Origin: Eubacteriales bacterium
GTDB taxonomy: Bacteria > Bacillota > Clostridia > Christensenellales > CAG-138
DNA: 64,000 bases
Direction: 5' to 3'
NCBI GenBank assembly: GCA_035446965.1
Contig: DAOTGE010000006.1
Coordinates: 728 to 64,727 of the forward strand
Part shown: positions 9,061 to 19,500 of the stretch, one piece after another
How positions within the stretch are numbered: the first letter of the stretch is position 1
How the letters are laid out: every line of letters starts with the position of its first letter
Program-made: the position numbers and the translations under genes
Notes under the pieces: model-generated
What the model was told of the DNA's origin: nothing
Databases searched by the model: none
Seen by the model: only the letters and a program-made list of their open reading frames with translations

Positions 9061-9396
9061 CTTACTTTTCTTAGAAGAAAAGTAAGAAAAAGAACTTTCA
9101 CTTTTTAGTAAATACGCAAACGGTTGCTTTAGAAATCTTCTTTTCTTGAGAGAAAAGCAAGAAAAAGGACTTTTATCTTTCAATTTTAAAAGCAGTTGAA
9201 TGAAACCAAAGTTTTGACGCCATTCTTTTCTGAAAGAAAAACTTAGAAGAACCCGCAAAATCAGAGATTAGAAAAGTGCTGCACAAGAAGCACTTTTTTG
9301 TTTAAGATTTACTTTATAAGCAAAAAAAGAACTTCTCTTGCAGAGAGAAGTTCAAATGTAAGTTCTTTTGTTTCTTTTCTTTCAAGAAAAGAAGGG
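9059..9396. repeat. AT-rich palindromic repeat cassette, copy 2 (between convergent lepB2 and arcC)
   Basis: GACTTACTTTTCTTAGAAGAAAAGTAAGAAAAAGAAC (9059-9095), related unit at 9137-9170, hairpin AAAAAAGAACTTCTC-ttgcaga-GAGAAGTTC (9323-9353), inverted unit at 9362-9396. Confidence 0.85.
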
Positions 9397-9404
9397 AAAA
9401 ACAC

Positions 9405-10346
9405 CTATTCCACAATCATCGTGCCGGCGGAACCGCTCAGCGCGTCGACGGCTTTGTCGAGCGAAGTGATGATGGCGCGGCGGCCGGGTTTGCTGGCGGC
9501 GAAGAGACATGCGGCCCGAATTTTGGGCAGCATGGAACCGGGAGCGAAATGTCCCTGGTCGATATATTTGTTTGCCTCGGCAACGCTGATTCTGCCGAGC
9601 CGCTGCTCGTTTGGTTTGCCGTAGTTCAGGCAGACCTGTTCGACCGCGGTAAGGATGAGGAGCGTGTCCGCTTCCACGTCCTCTGCAAGGCGTTCGGAAG
9701 CGAGGTCCTTATCGATGACGGCCGCAGTGCCGGAAAGATCGCCGTTGGCGTCCCGTACGACGGGGATGCCGCCGCCGCCGACGGTGACGACGACGAATCC
9801 GCATTGAATCAGGCATTCGACCGCGGGCAGCTCGACGATTTCAACCGGTTTTGGCGAAGCGACGACCCTGCGCCAGCCGCGGCCGGCGTCTTCTTTTACG
9901 ACATAGCCCTTTTCGGTCTGGAGCTTCTTTGCTTCGTCTTCGGTGTAAAATGGACCGATCGGCTTGCTGGGGTTGGAAAACGCCGGATCGCTTTGATCGA
10001 CGACGACCTGCGTGACAACGGTGGCGACGCCTGTATGATTGCCGCGCGCACGCAACGCTTTGGCCAGTCCCTGCTGGATATGGTAGCCGATCATTCCCTG
10101 GCTCATGGCGCCGCAAACGTCGAACGGCATGGCCGGGGTCACGCTAACGGCGGTTTCGTTCTGAAGAACAATGCGTCCGACCTGCGGACCGTTGCCGTGC
10201 GCCAGGATCACGCGATACCCTTTTTCGATGATATCGGCAATGTAAACGGACGTTTTTTCAACGACCTCCAGCTGCGCTTCCGCGGTCGCCGGGCCTTTGC
10301 CTTGCTGAAGCGCGTTCCCGCCAAGGGCGATGACCAGTTTTTCCAT
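9405..10346 (-). CDS. arcC: Carbamate kinase
   Basis: KLVIALGGNAL, HGNGPQVG, MSQGMIGY, KPIGPFY, WRRVVASPKP, GGGGIPV, VIDKD, GSMLPK. Start at MEKLV behind an AGGCAGG RBS. Confidence 0.96.
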   Translation of the reverse strand: MEKLVIALGGNALQQGKGPATAEAQLEVVEKTSVYIADIIEKGYRVILAHGNGPQVGRIVLQNETAVSVTPAMPFDVCGAMSQGMIGYHIQQGLAKALRARGNHTGVATVVTQVVVDQSDPAFSNPSKPIGPFYTEDEAKKLQTEKGYVVKEDAGRGWRRVVASPKPVEIVELPAVECLIQCGFVVVTVGGGGIPVVRDANGDLSGTAAVIDKDLASERLAEDVEADTLLILTAVEQVCLNYGKPNEQRLGRISVAEANKYIDQGHFAPGSMLPKIRAACLFAASKPGRRAIITSLDKAVDALSGSAGTMIVE

Positions 10347-10390
10347 TGTTGATACCTGCCTTATTAAAAATAAGTAGTCCTGCAAAAATT

Positions 10391-10419
10391 ACTTTAGCAT
10401 GCAGTTCCAAGCTTGTCAA
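10391..10419 (-). promoter_or_regulatory. Sigma-A promoter for arcC
   Basis: Minus strand TTGACA-N17-TAAAGT. Confidence 0.65.
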
Positions 10420-10541
10420 TTCATTCCGGGGAAAATCGTGCGTTTTTAACAGGAATTTCTAAAAATGCAGGATTATGACAAGTAAAATTGCAAACAAACA
10501 GACGAGAAGCGTTGGGAATCTGGCAAGAACATCGATATTAT

Positions 10542-10569
10542 ATAGGATTTAAGGCGATTTCAGCAGAAT
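10542..10569 (+). promoter_or_regulatory. Candidate sigma-H-type promoter upstream of murA
   Basis: ATAGGATTT...GCAGAAT, with 18 nt between AGGA and GAAT, fitting the B. subtilis sigma-H consensus spacing. Confidence 0.35.
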
Positions 10570-10789
10570 GGGCATAGAAAACGAAGACAGCTTATGAAAT
10601 TAAAAAAGCAAGTTCCTGCAAAACAAAACAAGGCAAAAAGCGGTTTGCAAATCTATATCGAAGAGCGGAGAATATAAAACCCTGCGGTTTATACAAAACC
10701 ACGAAGACGACCCCTGCGGACCGGGCGATATTTTACCCTAAATGTCGCCGCTTGACTTTGAAATGCGATTCCGCTAGACTAATCATGGT

Positions 10790-12070
10790 ATGCTGAAGCA
10801 ATGGTATGAAATTAAAGGCGGAAAACGGTTGGAAGGTACCGTGACCATCAGCGGCGCGAAAAACGCCGCGGTTGCCATTATACCGGCGGCGGTCCTCGCA
10901 GGCGAAACCTGCGTGCTGGAAAACCTGCCGCACATTCAGGACGTCCAGAGCCTCAAAGAGATTCTCGAGGAACTGGGCGTTTCCGTCGACTATACAGATG
11001 GCGATTGCATGCGCATCGATTCGCGTACGCTGAACACGACCAAGGCGCTCAGCGAGGCGGTCAGCAGCATGCGCGCTTCCTATTACTTGATCGGCGCTCT
11101 GCTGGCGCGCTATGGAGAGGTGGAAGTCGCGCTGCCGGGCGGATGCGTGATTGGCGCACGCCCGATCGACCAGCATATCAAAGGCCTGCGTGCGCTCGGC
11201 GCGGTGGTCGAATGCGATACGGAGCGCAACATCGTCCGCGCCCGTGCAAAAAAGCTGACCGGCGCGGAGATTTATTTCGACGTGGTCAGCGTGGGCGCAA
11301 CCATCAACGTGATGCTTGCCGCCAGCATGGCCGAAGGGCTGACCGTGCTCAGCAATGTTGCAAAGGAACCGCATGTGGTCGACGTTGCAAATTTTCTGAA
11401 TATGATGGGCGCCAGCGTCAAAGGCGCCGGTACGGACGTGATCCGCATTGCCGGCAGGCAGAAACTGCACGGCTGCGGCTACGCCATCATTCCCGATCAA
11501 ATCGAAACGGGCACGTTTATGATCGCCGCCGCCGCGACAATGGGGGACGTGATCATTAAAAACGTAATCCCGACCCATATGGAAGCCGTGTCCGCAAAGC
11601 TCATGGAAAGCGGCGCGCGCGTGATCGAAGGCGACGACGGGCGGGATTTCTACATCCGCGTCGTTATGAACGACCGTCCGCGCGCAATCAACGTTAAGAC
11701 CCTGCCGTACCCCGGTTTTCCGACCGACCTGCAGCAGCCGATCATGGCATACCTCTGCGCGAGCAACGGACTTTCCACAATCAATGAAACAATCTTTGAA
11801 AACCGGTTTAATCATGTCCGCGAACTGCGGCGCATGGGCGCCTCCATCAGCGCGAAGGATTCGTTCGCCAAGGTGAAGGGGATTGCATCCCTGCACGGAG
11901 CGGACATCTACGCAAGCGACCTGCGGGCGGGCGCCTCGCTGATGGTGGCCGGTCTGGCAGCGACGGGGGTTACCAATGTTCACAACATTGAATTTATTGA
12001 CCGTGGATATGAATATATCGATTTAAAACTCAATGCGCTTGGGGCGACCGTGACAAGGCGCGAAAAGTAA
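10790..12070 (+). CDS. murA: UDP-N-acetylglucosamine 1-carboxyvinyltransferase
   Basis: ISGAKNAAV, MRASYY, LPGGCVIGARPID (catalytic Cys), VSVGATIN, AKEPHV, PYPGFPTDLQ, FENRF, DLRAGA, IDRGY. Confidence 0.97.
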   Translation: MLKQWYEIKGGKRLEGTVTISGAKNAAVAIIPAAVLAGETCVLENLPHIQDVQSLKEILEELGVSVDYTDGDCMRIDSRTLNTTKALSEAVSSMRASYYLIGALLARYGEVEVALPGGCVIGARPIDQHIKGLRALGAVVECDTERNIVRARAKKLTGAEIYFDVVSVGATINVMLAASMAEGLTVLSNVAKEPHVVDVANFLNMMGASVKGAGTDVIRIAGRQKLHGCGYAIIPDQIETGTFMIAAAATMGDVIIKNVIPTHMEAVSAKLMESGARVIEGDDGRDFYIRVVMNDRPRAINVKTLPYPGFPTDLQQPIMAYLCASNGLSTINETIFENRFNHVRELRRMGASISAKDSFAKVKGIASLHGADIYASDLRAGASLMVAGLAATGVTNVHNIEFIDRGYEYIDLKLNALGATVTRREK

Positions 12071-12097
12071 GAATAGCGTGTAGCGTCGGCAAGGATG

Positions 12098-12128
12098 CCT
12101 TCCTCAAAAGAGGAAGGTTTTTGTTTTT
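12098..12128 (+). terminator. murA terminator
   Basis: CCTTCCTC-AAAA-GAGGAAGG followed by a T tract. Confidence 0.8.
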
Positions 12129-12328
12129 GGGAAACAGGGGATAGACGGCCGCATCGGACGCAAAATTATACCTTGCAGGGTAGAATTGGAAATGAAGTGT
12201 GCACCTGACTGAATTGCAGGGAAAAAGGAAAAAACCATCACCCTGTATGGTACAATTGCTGGTAACAATTTGTTCATAAAACGCATATGAAATGTAGATA
12301 TCCAAAGCAAATCACACTGATTATGAAC

Positions 12329-12407
12329 TTATACACATCCCAAAAGCCGAAAACATCGCGATATGTGGATAACATGGTGGACAATGTGGATAAACGGGTG
12401 TGGATAA
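12329..12407. promoter_or_regulatory. Distal DnaA-box cluster 1
   Basis: TGTGGATAA at 12364-12372, 12385-12393 and 12399-12407; degenerate GGTGGACAA at 12376-12384; TTATACACA at 12329-12337. Confidence 0.85.
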
Positions 12408-12691
12408 CTCATACAGTTTTCGTGCATAATGCTGAAAACGGTAAAGATTTGCTGTATGGTAAAGCCGTAAAAAGAAAAGGAGTTTTGCAGGAAATCCTGC
12501 CGGAATTTGAGAAAAAACTCGAGGTGCGTGCAGAAAACGGAAGGCAGAGTGAAAAAAGGACGTGCCTTAAAACAGGAAAAATAACGGCTGGTTCCATAAA
12601 AGCACGCCGCCACTGGCGGGAATGGCGTGCAGCGGGTATACTGATAAGGAACAAAAGACCGGATGAAATGCCGGGCATGGAGGAGCAGAAA

Positions 12692-13216
12692 ATGCGGATG
12701 TTTATTGCAGTCCCGCTTCCGCCGGATGTGGTGCGCGCGGTTGCGCATGCGCGCGCGGCGCTGGAAGGGTACGGCGCGGCGGGCCGGTTTGTCCCGCGCG
12801 AAAACTATCACGTGACGCTGCATTTTCTTGGGGAAACGGATCAATTGATGGAGGCGGCCGGTGCGGTCGGCGAAGCCTGCAAGGACATTCATCCGTTCGT
12901 CCTGCGGCTGGGCGGATATGGTTCGTTCAAGAGTGAAAAATCGCATACGGGGTTCGTTTCGGTTTCCTGCGACAGCGACGAGCTGGACAAGCTCTATGAA
13001 TCGCTGGAAGCGGCGCTCTGGGAACGCGGTTTCGTAAAGAACCGCGGGCGGCTCACACCGCATATTACGCTTGGCCGGCGGATCGAAGGGGACGAGGGAT
13101 TTGTTCTTCCGCCGCGCAATGTCGCGTTTACAGCAAATATGGTAACGCTTTATGAAAGCCGGAGCGAAAACGGCGTGATGCGCTACACGAGCCTGCACAG
13201 GGAGCGGTTAGTATGA
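12692..13216 (+). CDS. thpR: RNA 2',3'-cyclic phosphodiesterase (2H family, ThpR/LigT)
   Basis: MRMFIAVPLP start behind GGAGGAG; two HxT motifs (YHVTLHFLGE, PHITLGR). Confidence 0.92.
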   Translation: MRMFIAVPLPPDVVRAVAHARAALEGYGAAGRFVPRENYHVTLHFLGETDQLMEAAGAVGEACKDIHPFVLRLGGYGSFKSEKSHTGFVSVSCDSDELDKLYESLEAALWERGFVKNRGRLTPHITLGRRIEGDEGFVLPPRNVAFTANMVTLYESRSENGVMRYTSLHRERLV

Positions 13217-16200
13217 AAAGCGAACTGACGTTCCTGCTCGGTAGGGCGGGAACGGGCAAAACCTGGCGAATTTATCAGCAGCTTAAGGCGCTGCAGGCCG
13301 CGGGAGAACGCGCGGTGCTGATCGTGCCGGAACAGTATACATTCGAGACAGAACGAGCGCTGGCAGACGAAATCGGTGGGCTGCTCGGCGTGCAGGTGTT
13401 CAGTTTTCAGCGGCTTTGCGAGCGTATTTTGCAGCTGCACGGGCAGACGAAGCCGTTTTTAAGCGCGCAGGGGTACCGCATGGCCGTGCGGCGTGCGCTC
13501 GAACGGAAAAAAGGCGAACTGAAGGTGTTCGGCACAGCGTGCGCGCAAACGGGATTCGCCGCCGAAGCAGAGCAAATCTTCCGGGATTTCAAGCGCGCCG
13601 GACTTTCGCCGGACGCACTGGACTCGCTCATACAAAAACTGTCGGCTGAATCACCGCTGGCGGAAAAGCTAAGCGATCTTTCTGTACTGTACCGCGAAAC
13701 CGAAGAATATCTTTCCGAACGATATTTCAGCCTGGACGATGCGCCGGACACGGCGGCGGGCTTGCTGCCGCAGTCGTTCGTTTCCGGAATTCCTGTTTTT
13801 ATCGACGGACTCGATCATCCGAACCGGCAGACATACCGGCTCATCGAGACAATGCTTTCGTGCTGTCCGGGGGTGACGGTCGCGCTGCGCGTCGGCAGCG
13901 ACAGCCCGCCGGACGACGATCTGTTTGAACCGGACCGAAAAGCGCTTTATCTGCTGCGGCAGATCGGCGGGCGCTGCGGCGCGATCGTTCATGAAGAGCG
14001 TCTTTCGGTGCAGCAAGGTAATTTTGATCCGATGATGCGGCATATCGAGCGAAACCTGTTTGCCTATCCGGCGAAAACATGGCAGGGTGAAGCGAAAAAC
14101 CTGACCGTGTTCGGTGCAAGCGACCGCCGCGCGGAGGCGGAGTCGCTTGCCGAGGCGATTCAAAGTCTTGCGCGGAAGGGCGTTCGCTACCGCGACATGG
14201 CGGTCATCGTCTCCGACTTGGACGCGTATGCCTACCTGATCCGCCGTTCGTGCGAACGCAGAGACATTCCGATTTTTCTTGACCGCAAGCGGCCGCTGAC
14301 CGGACATGCCGCGATCGATGCGGTGCTTTCCGCCGTGCGGTTTACGGCGGGCGGTTATCCGGCCGCGGAACTGCTGAAGTTTATCAAAAGCGGCTATACC
14401 GACTGCCCGCAGGACGAAGCGGAAGAACTGGAGCTGTATCTGCGCCGCACCGGTATCCGCGGCGGGGCGTTGCTCAAGCCGTTTACCCGCGCGGAGCCTC
14501 CCGAAGCGGCGGAGCATGCACGCGGGCGGGCGGCGAACGCACTCGAACCGCTGGCAAAAGCGCTGGCGAAGGCGACGGTGTCCGAACAGGTGCGCGCGCT
14601 GTATGCGTTTTTACAGGGACTTGAATTGCAGCGGCGGCTGGAAGAACGAGCCGAACTGCTCGAGCGGGAAGGCCGCATCGCCGAGGCGCAGGAACATGCG
14701 CAGGTTTGGAACCTTTTGATCGAGATGCTCGATCAACTGGATGCGATACTGGGTTCCCTGCGCGTCGGGCGAAAGGGATTTCTTGCTTTGCTGGAAGAAG
14801 GGCTTGGCGGCGGAAGCGTCGGCGTTGTTCCCGGCACGGCGGACCAGGGACTGGTCGGCGACGTCGTGCGCACGCGCAGCCGCACGGTAAGAGCGCTGTT
14901 CGTGGTCGGCGCAAACGATGGTCTGCTCCCGTGCCCGCAGCAAAACGACGGACTGATCGACGAACGGGATTTGAGCGAACTGCGCATGCAGGGGACACAA
15001 CTGCGCTTTACCGGCGCGGAACTCGGCGCGTACGACCGCCTCGATTTATACACGGCGCTGGCCAAGACGACGGAAACGCTTTATATCAGCTTTGCCTATG
15101 GGGACGGAACGAGCGAGCTTGCGCCGTCCTCCGTTGTGGAGCGCCTGATGACCATCTGCCCGAACTGCACGGTCAAAAGCGATATCGAATCGACCGGCGA
15201 ACTGCCGGACTGCGAGGCGCAGGCGCTGACGCTTGTGGCGGGCGATTTAAGGCGATACCGGGAGAGCGGGGCTGCGTCGGAGCGCTTGCCCGCGCTGATC
15301 GACTGGCTGAGCGAAAAAGAAGAAACACGCGGGCTTGTCGCGCGCATGATTGAGGAAAGCGCCGCGCGCTTCGGCGGGCAGAAGATCGGACGGGAAACGG
15401 CAAACACCCTGTATGGTAGAATTGTTCAGATGAGTGCAAGCCGCTTGGAAAGTTTCAACAACTGCCCGTTTCAGCACTTTGTCCGCTATGGTCTTGGCGC
15501 ACAGGAGGTCAAAGAATATACCGAGCGGGCGATGGACATGGGCTCGTTTTACCATGCGGCGTTGGAAGCGTTTGTGAACGCCGTAAACGAAAAGGAGCTG
15601 CACTGGAAGCTGCTTTCGGACGAAAAAGCTGTGGAAATTGTGGACGAAGTCCTGTCGGGCGTAATCGCCGGGCATAACTTTGGCATCCTTGCGGAAAACG
15701 AGCGGCTGAAGGCGACGCTGTTCTTGCTGGTTGAAACCATCCGCCAGAGCGCGCTGGCTATTACAAGGCAAATCCGCGCCGGCAGTTTTGAGCCCGTGTA
15801 TACGGAAGCGCGCTTCGGGCCGGGCGAACCGTTCCCGGCAATCCGGCTTGCGCTCGAAGACGGAAGCGAGGCGTTCATAAAAGGAAAGATCGACCGTATC
15901 GACCGTGCGAATACGCAGGGGCGGACGCTTACGCGCGTTGTCGACTATAAGACCGGCGGACGCGATTTCGATTTCGCCGGCGTGCTCGAAGGGCTGACGC
16001 TTCAGCTGCCGCTTTATCTGATGGCGGCCAGCGGGAACGCCGAGGTGCGCGCCGGGCTGTATTACATGCCCGTGTCGCAGCCTGCCGTTTCGGACGCCGA
16101 GGAGGACGTTGAAGGTGCGGTTGCGGATGCGTTCCGCCTGCAGGGGCTGACGCTTTCGGACGCGGCGGTGGTGCGTGCGAGCGATAATCACATTGAAAGC

Positions 16201-16524
16201 GATTCTTCGGTTTTGTATAAAGTGCGCGCGGCGGGCGAAGATTCCTATTCCGGCAGCGTGTGTTCGAAAGCGGAGATGGATTTACTCATCCGCGCGGCAA
16301 AGCAAACGTCGGAAAAGACCTTTGCGCACATGATGGAAGGGGACATGCGCGCGTCCCCGGCGGCGCGTAAGAAAAACAGTCCCGCCTGTAAATACTGCGA
16401 CTACAAGAGCGTTTGCCGATTCGACCCGAAAACGCCGGGTTGCAGCGTGCGGCTGTATCGAACGGTCAAACAGGAAGAATTTTTTAAGCTGATCGGAGGC
16501 GATGCGGATGCGATGGACCGATGA
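13213..16524 (+). CDS. addB: ATP-dependent helicase/nuclease subunit B
   Basis: GRAGTGKT, LIVPEQYTF, SASRLESFNNCPFQHF, GKIDRID, VVDYKTG, QLPLY, CKYCDYKSVCRFD (Fe-S cysteines). Confidence 0.95.
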   Translation: MKSELTFLLGRAGTGKTWRIYQQLKALQAAGERAVLIVPEQYTFETERALADEIGGLLGVQVFSFQRLCERILQLHGQTKPFLSAQGYRMAVRRALERKKGELKVFGTACAQTGFAAEAEQIFRDFKRAGLSPDALDSLIQKLSAESPLAEKLSDLSVLYRETEEYLSERYFSLDDAPDTAAGLLPQSFVSGIPVFIDGLDHPNRQTYRLIETMLSCCPGVTVALRVGSDSPPDDDLFEPDRKALYLLRQIGGRCGAIVHEERLSVQQGNFDPMMRHIERNLFAYPAKTWQGEAKNLTVFGASDRRAEAESLAEAIQSLARKGVRYRDMAVIVSDLDAYAYLIRRSCERRDIPIFLDRKRPLTGHAAIDAVLSAVRFTAGGYPAAELLKFIKSGYTDCPQDEAEELELYLRRTGIRGGALLKPFTRAEPPEAAEHARGRAANALEPLAKALAKATVSEQVRALYAFLQGLELQRRLEERAELLEREGRIAEAQEHAQVWNLLIEMLDQLDAILGSLRVGRKGFLALLEEGLGGGSVGVVPGTADQGLVGDVVRTRSRTVRALFVVGANDGLLPCPQQNDGLIDERDLSELRMQGTQLRFTGAELGAYDRLDLYTALAKTTETLYISFAYGDGTSELAPSSVVERLMTICPNCTVKSDIESTGELPDCEAQALTLVAGDLRRYRESGAASERLPALIDWLSEKEETRGLVARMIEESAARFGGQKIGRETANTLYGRIVQMSASRLESFNNCPFQHFVRYGLGAQEVKEYTERAMDMGSFYHAALEAFVNAVNEKELHWKLLSDEKAVEIVDEVLSGVIAGHNFGILAENERLKATLFLLVETIRQSALAITRQIRAGSFEPVYTEARFGPGEPFPAIRLALEDGSEAFIKGKIDRIDRANTQGRTLTRVVDYKTGGRDFDFAGVLEGLTLQLPLYLMAASGNAEVRAGLYYMPVSQPAVSDAEEDVEGAVADAFRLQGLTLSDAAVVRASDNHIESDSSVLYKVRAAGEDSYSGSVCSKAEMDLLIRAAKQTSEKTFAHMMEGDMRASPAARKKNSPACKYCDYKSVCRFDPKTPGCSVRLYRTVKQEEFFKLIGGDADAMDR

Positions 16525-19500
16525 ACAGCGTAGCGCAATTGAAACCGGCGGGAACCTGATCGTCTCCGCGGCGGCGGGGGCGGGGAAGACCGCCGTGCTG
16601 ACCGAGCGCGTGGTGTCGCGCGTTCTGGATGGAACGCCGGTGGAAAACATGCTGGTGCTTACCTTCACACGCGCGGCCGCGGCGGAGATGAAAACAAGGA
16701 TCGCTGCCCGCCTCAACGAACTTGCCGGCGAACAGGAAGACGTAAAGAAAACGCAGTATCTGCGCAGGCAGGCGCGGAATGTGGAAAGCGCGTATATTTC
16801 CACGATTCACGCGTTCTGTGCGCGCGTGCTCCGGCGGCATTATCATGCGGTCGGTCTGCCGGCGCAAAGCCGTACGGCGGACGATATGGAAAGCGCCGCG
16901 CTTATCGAGCGTGTGCGGGACGAGGTTTTGACAGCGCTTTCCGTAAGCGAAGATGAAGATTATAAAACGCTGCTTGCCGCGTTCGGCGGGGAAGACCCGG
17001 CGTGGAGCGCGGTGATGCAGACCTATCGCTTTACGCGTGCGCAGCCGGACCCGGACGGCTGGCTGGACGCCGCCAGCGCGCGTTACGGCGACGAACAAGC
17101 GCTGATGCGCCTGCTCGGGGACGCGGTTGCGTTTGCCGGACGCGAACTTTCGCTTGCGCTCGAACCGGTCGCCGCCGAAAGGGACGCGCTGCCGCCGCAA
17201 TGGGATAAGGCGATTACCGCGTTGGACGACGATTTGACGCGCTGCCGTGCGCTGCTGCTCTGCAAAACCTATGACGAGTACCGCGAGGCGCTGAATTCGG
17301 TTGAATTTTCGCGGATGACCTTTCCGCGGGGAACGGCGGACGCGGAAAAGAAACCGGTCCAGGCTGCGCGGCAGGCGGAAAAGGATCTGATCAAGGTACA
17401 GCTGCGGCGTTTCAGCCGTCCGCAGCATGCGGAACTTACGATTTTGCGCCGTTCCGGCGAAGCGGTGCGGGCGCTGGTTGCGGTCGTCAAACAGTTTGAA
17501 ACGGCGTATGCCGCCGCCAAACGCGAAGCCGGATTGCAGGACTACGACGATCTGGAGCATTTCACGCTGGAAGCGCTTTCGCATGAAGCGATTGCAAAAG
17601 AGTACCGCGAGCGGTTCGAGTGGATCGCGATGGACGAATATCAGGACAGCAACCGCGTGCAGGAGGAGATTGTAAAGCGCATTACCCGGGGCGATAATCT
17701 CTTTTTCGTGGGAGACGTCAAGCAGTCGATCTATCGGTTCCGGCAGGCGGAGCCAAAGCTGTTTTTGGAAAAACTTGCGTTCTTTTCGGGAGAACGGGGG
17801 ACAAGGATCGACCTGACGAGCAATTTCCGCAGTTCCGGCGAGGTGCTGTCCGCCGTGAACGAAGTTTTTTCCGCGATTCTGAACGAGGATTCCGGCGGAA
17901 TCGAATACGACGAGCGTGCGAAGCTCGCCTGCGGGGCAAACCCGCCTGAAGGCAGCGCGGAACTGCATCTGGTGCGGCGCGGGCTTGCGGAAACGGAGGA
18001 AGGGGAAGACCCGCTGGAGGACGCGGCGGACCTGGAGATTGAAGCAAGGCTGATTGCCGGCCGCATCCGGGAGATTATTGAAAAAGAATCGTATTTCGAT
18101 CCGAAAACGGGGCAGGCGCGCGCATACCGCTACAGCGATTTTGCGGTGCTGCTGCGCACGGGCGCGGGCGCACAGACCGTTGCGCAGACGCTTGCGCAAA
18201 GCAGCGTGCCGAGCTATGCGCAATCCGGCGGCGGTTATTTCGACGCGGTGGAGGTGCAGATTTTCAGGAACTTGCTGCGCGTGATCGATAACCGGCGGCA
18301 GGATGTGCCGCTGATCTCCGTGCTCTGTTCCTCCATTGGGAATTTCACATATGAAGAACTGGCGCGCGTACGGGCCGCGCACAGGGCGGGATCGTTCTTT
18401 GAAGCGTTTGCCGCCTGTGCCGAACAGGACGAAACGGCGCTTGGGACGCGGGCAAAGCGCTTCTTTGAAACGCTCGCGCGGTACCGCGAAGAAAGCAGGC
18501 TGGTTTCCGTTGAGGAACTCGTCGGAAAACTGCTGGACGAAACGGGGTTTTATGAGGAGATGGGCGCGGGCGTCAACGGCATGCAGAGACAGGCGAACCT
18601 CAACGCCCTGCTCGATAAAGCACACGCGTTCGAGCAGACGGGGTCGCGCGGCGTATGGAGCTTTCTGCGGCAGATCGACCTTGCGGAAAACAACGCTTCC
18701 GTCGGCGCGGCACAGACGCTTGCGGCGGACGTGGTCCGCATTCTGACCATCCATAAATCGAAAGGGCTTGAATTCCCGGTCGTGTTTGTCGCGGGGCTTG
18801 GGAAACGATTCAATACCGAGGATATGCGGAAGTCCGTTTTGCTGCATGCGGACGGCGGGATTGCGCTGCGCTTTATTGACCGGGAGGAAAACGGCGCGCG
18901 CGTCAAGCGCGACACGGTCGTGCGCCGCACGCTCGCCGAGCGCGTCAAAACGGAACAACTGGGTGAGGAAATGCGCGTTTTGTATGTTGCGATGACGCGC
19001 GCTAAACGGAAGCTGATCCTGACGGCATGCGTCGACAAGCCGGAGGAGAAACTGGCGCTTGCACCGGAACGCCCGAAGGCCTGGCAGGTGCTCAAATGCT
19101 CCGGCATGGCACAATGGCTTTTGATGGGAAACCACCATTTTTTGACGCGCAAGGTGCATGAGCGGGAAACTTGGCTTGCGGGTGAAAAGAAAGAAGTCCT
19201 GCCTGAACTGCCGCCGCCCGATCCGGTAACGCTGGCGGCGGTCCGGGAAAGACTCGGCTGGGAATATGCGTTTACCGGCGCCGTGCAGCTTGGCGCAAAG
19301 GCAGCGGTCAGCCGTATTGGCAAGGATGAAAACGAGCCGCCCGTGTTTTCCGAACCGGCGTTCCTCGGCAAAAAAAAGAGCGCGGTATTCACCGGGACGG
19401 CGACGCATGCCGCCATGCAGTATCTTCCGCTGGAAAAAGCGATGGACAAAGAAGAAATCGGTGTGTATCTGCAGCGGCTGGCACAAACCGGAAAGATCAC

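Noticed and set aside
8500-9624. F/S/K-rich ORFs across the repeat cassette (8500-9258 minus, 9298-9624 plus; also 41655-42332)
   Set aside because: Translation of the low-complexity AT repeat and antisense frames, not protein-like.
12287-12691. 135-aa N-terminal extension of thpR in the ORF track
   Set aside because: It spans AT-rich DNA containing the DnaA boxes; a strong RBS precedes ATG 12692.
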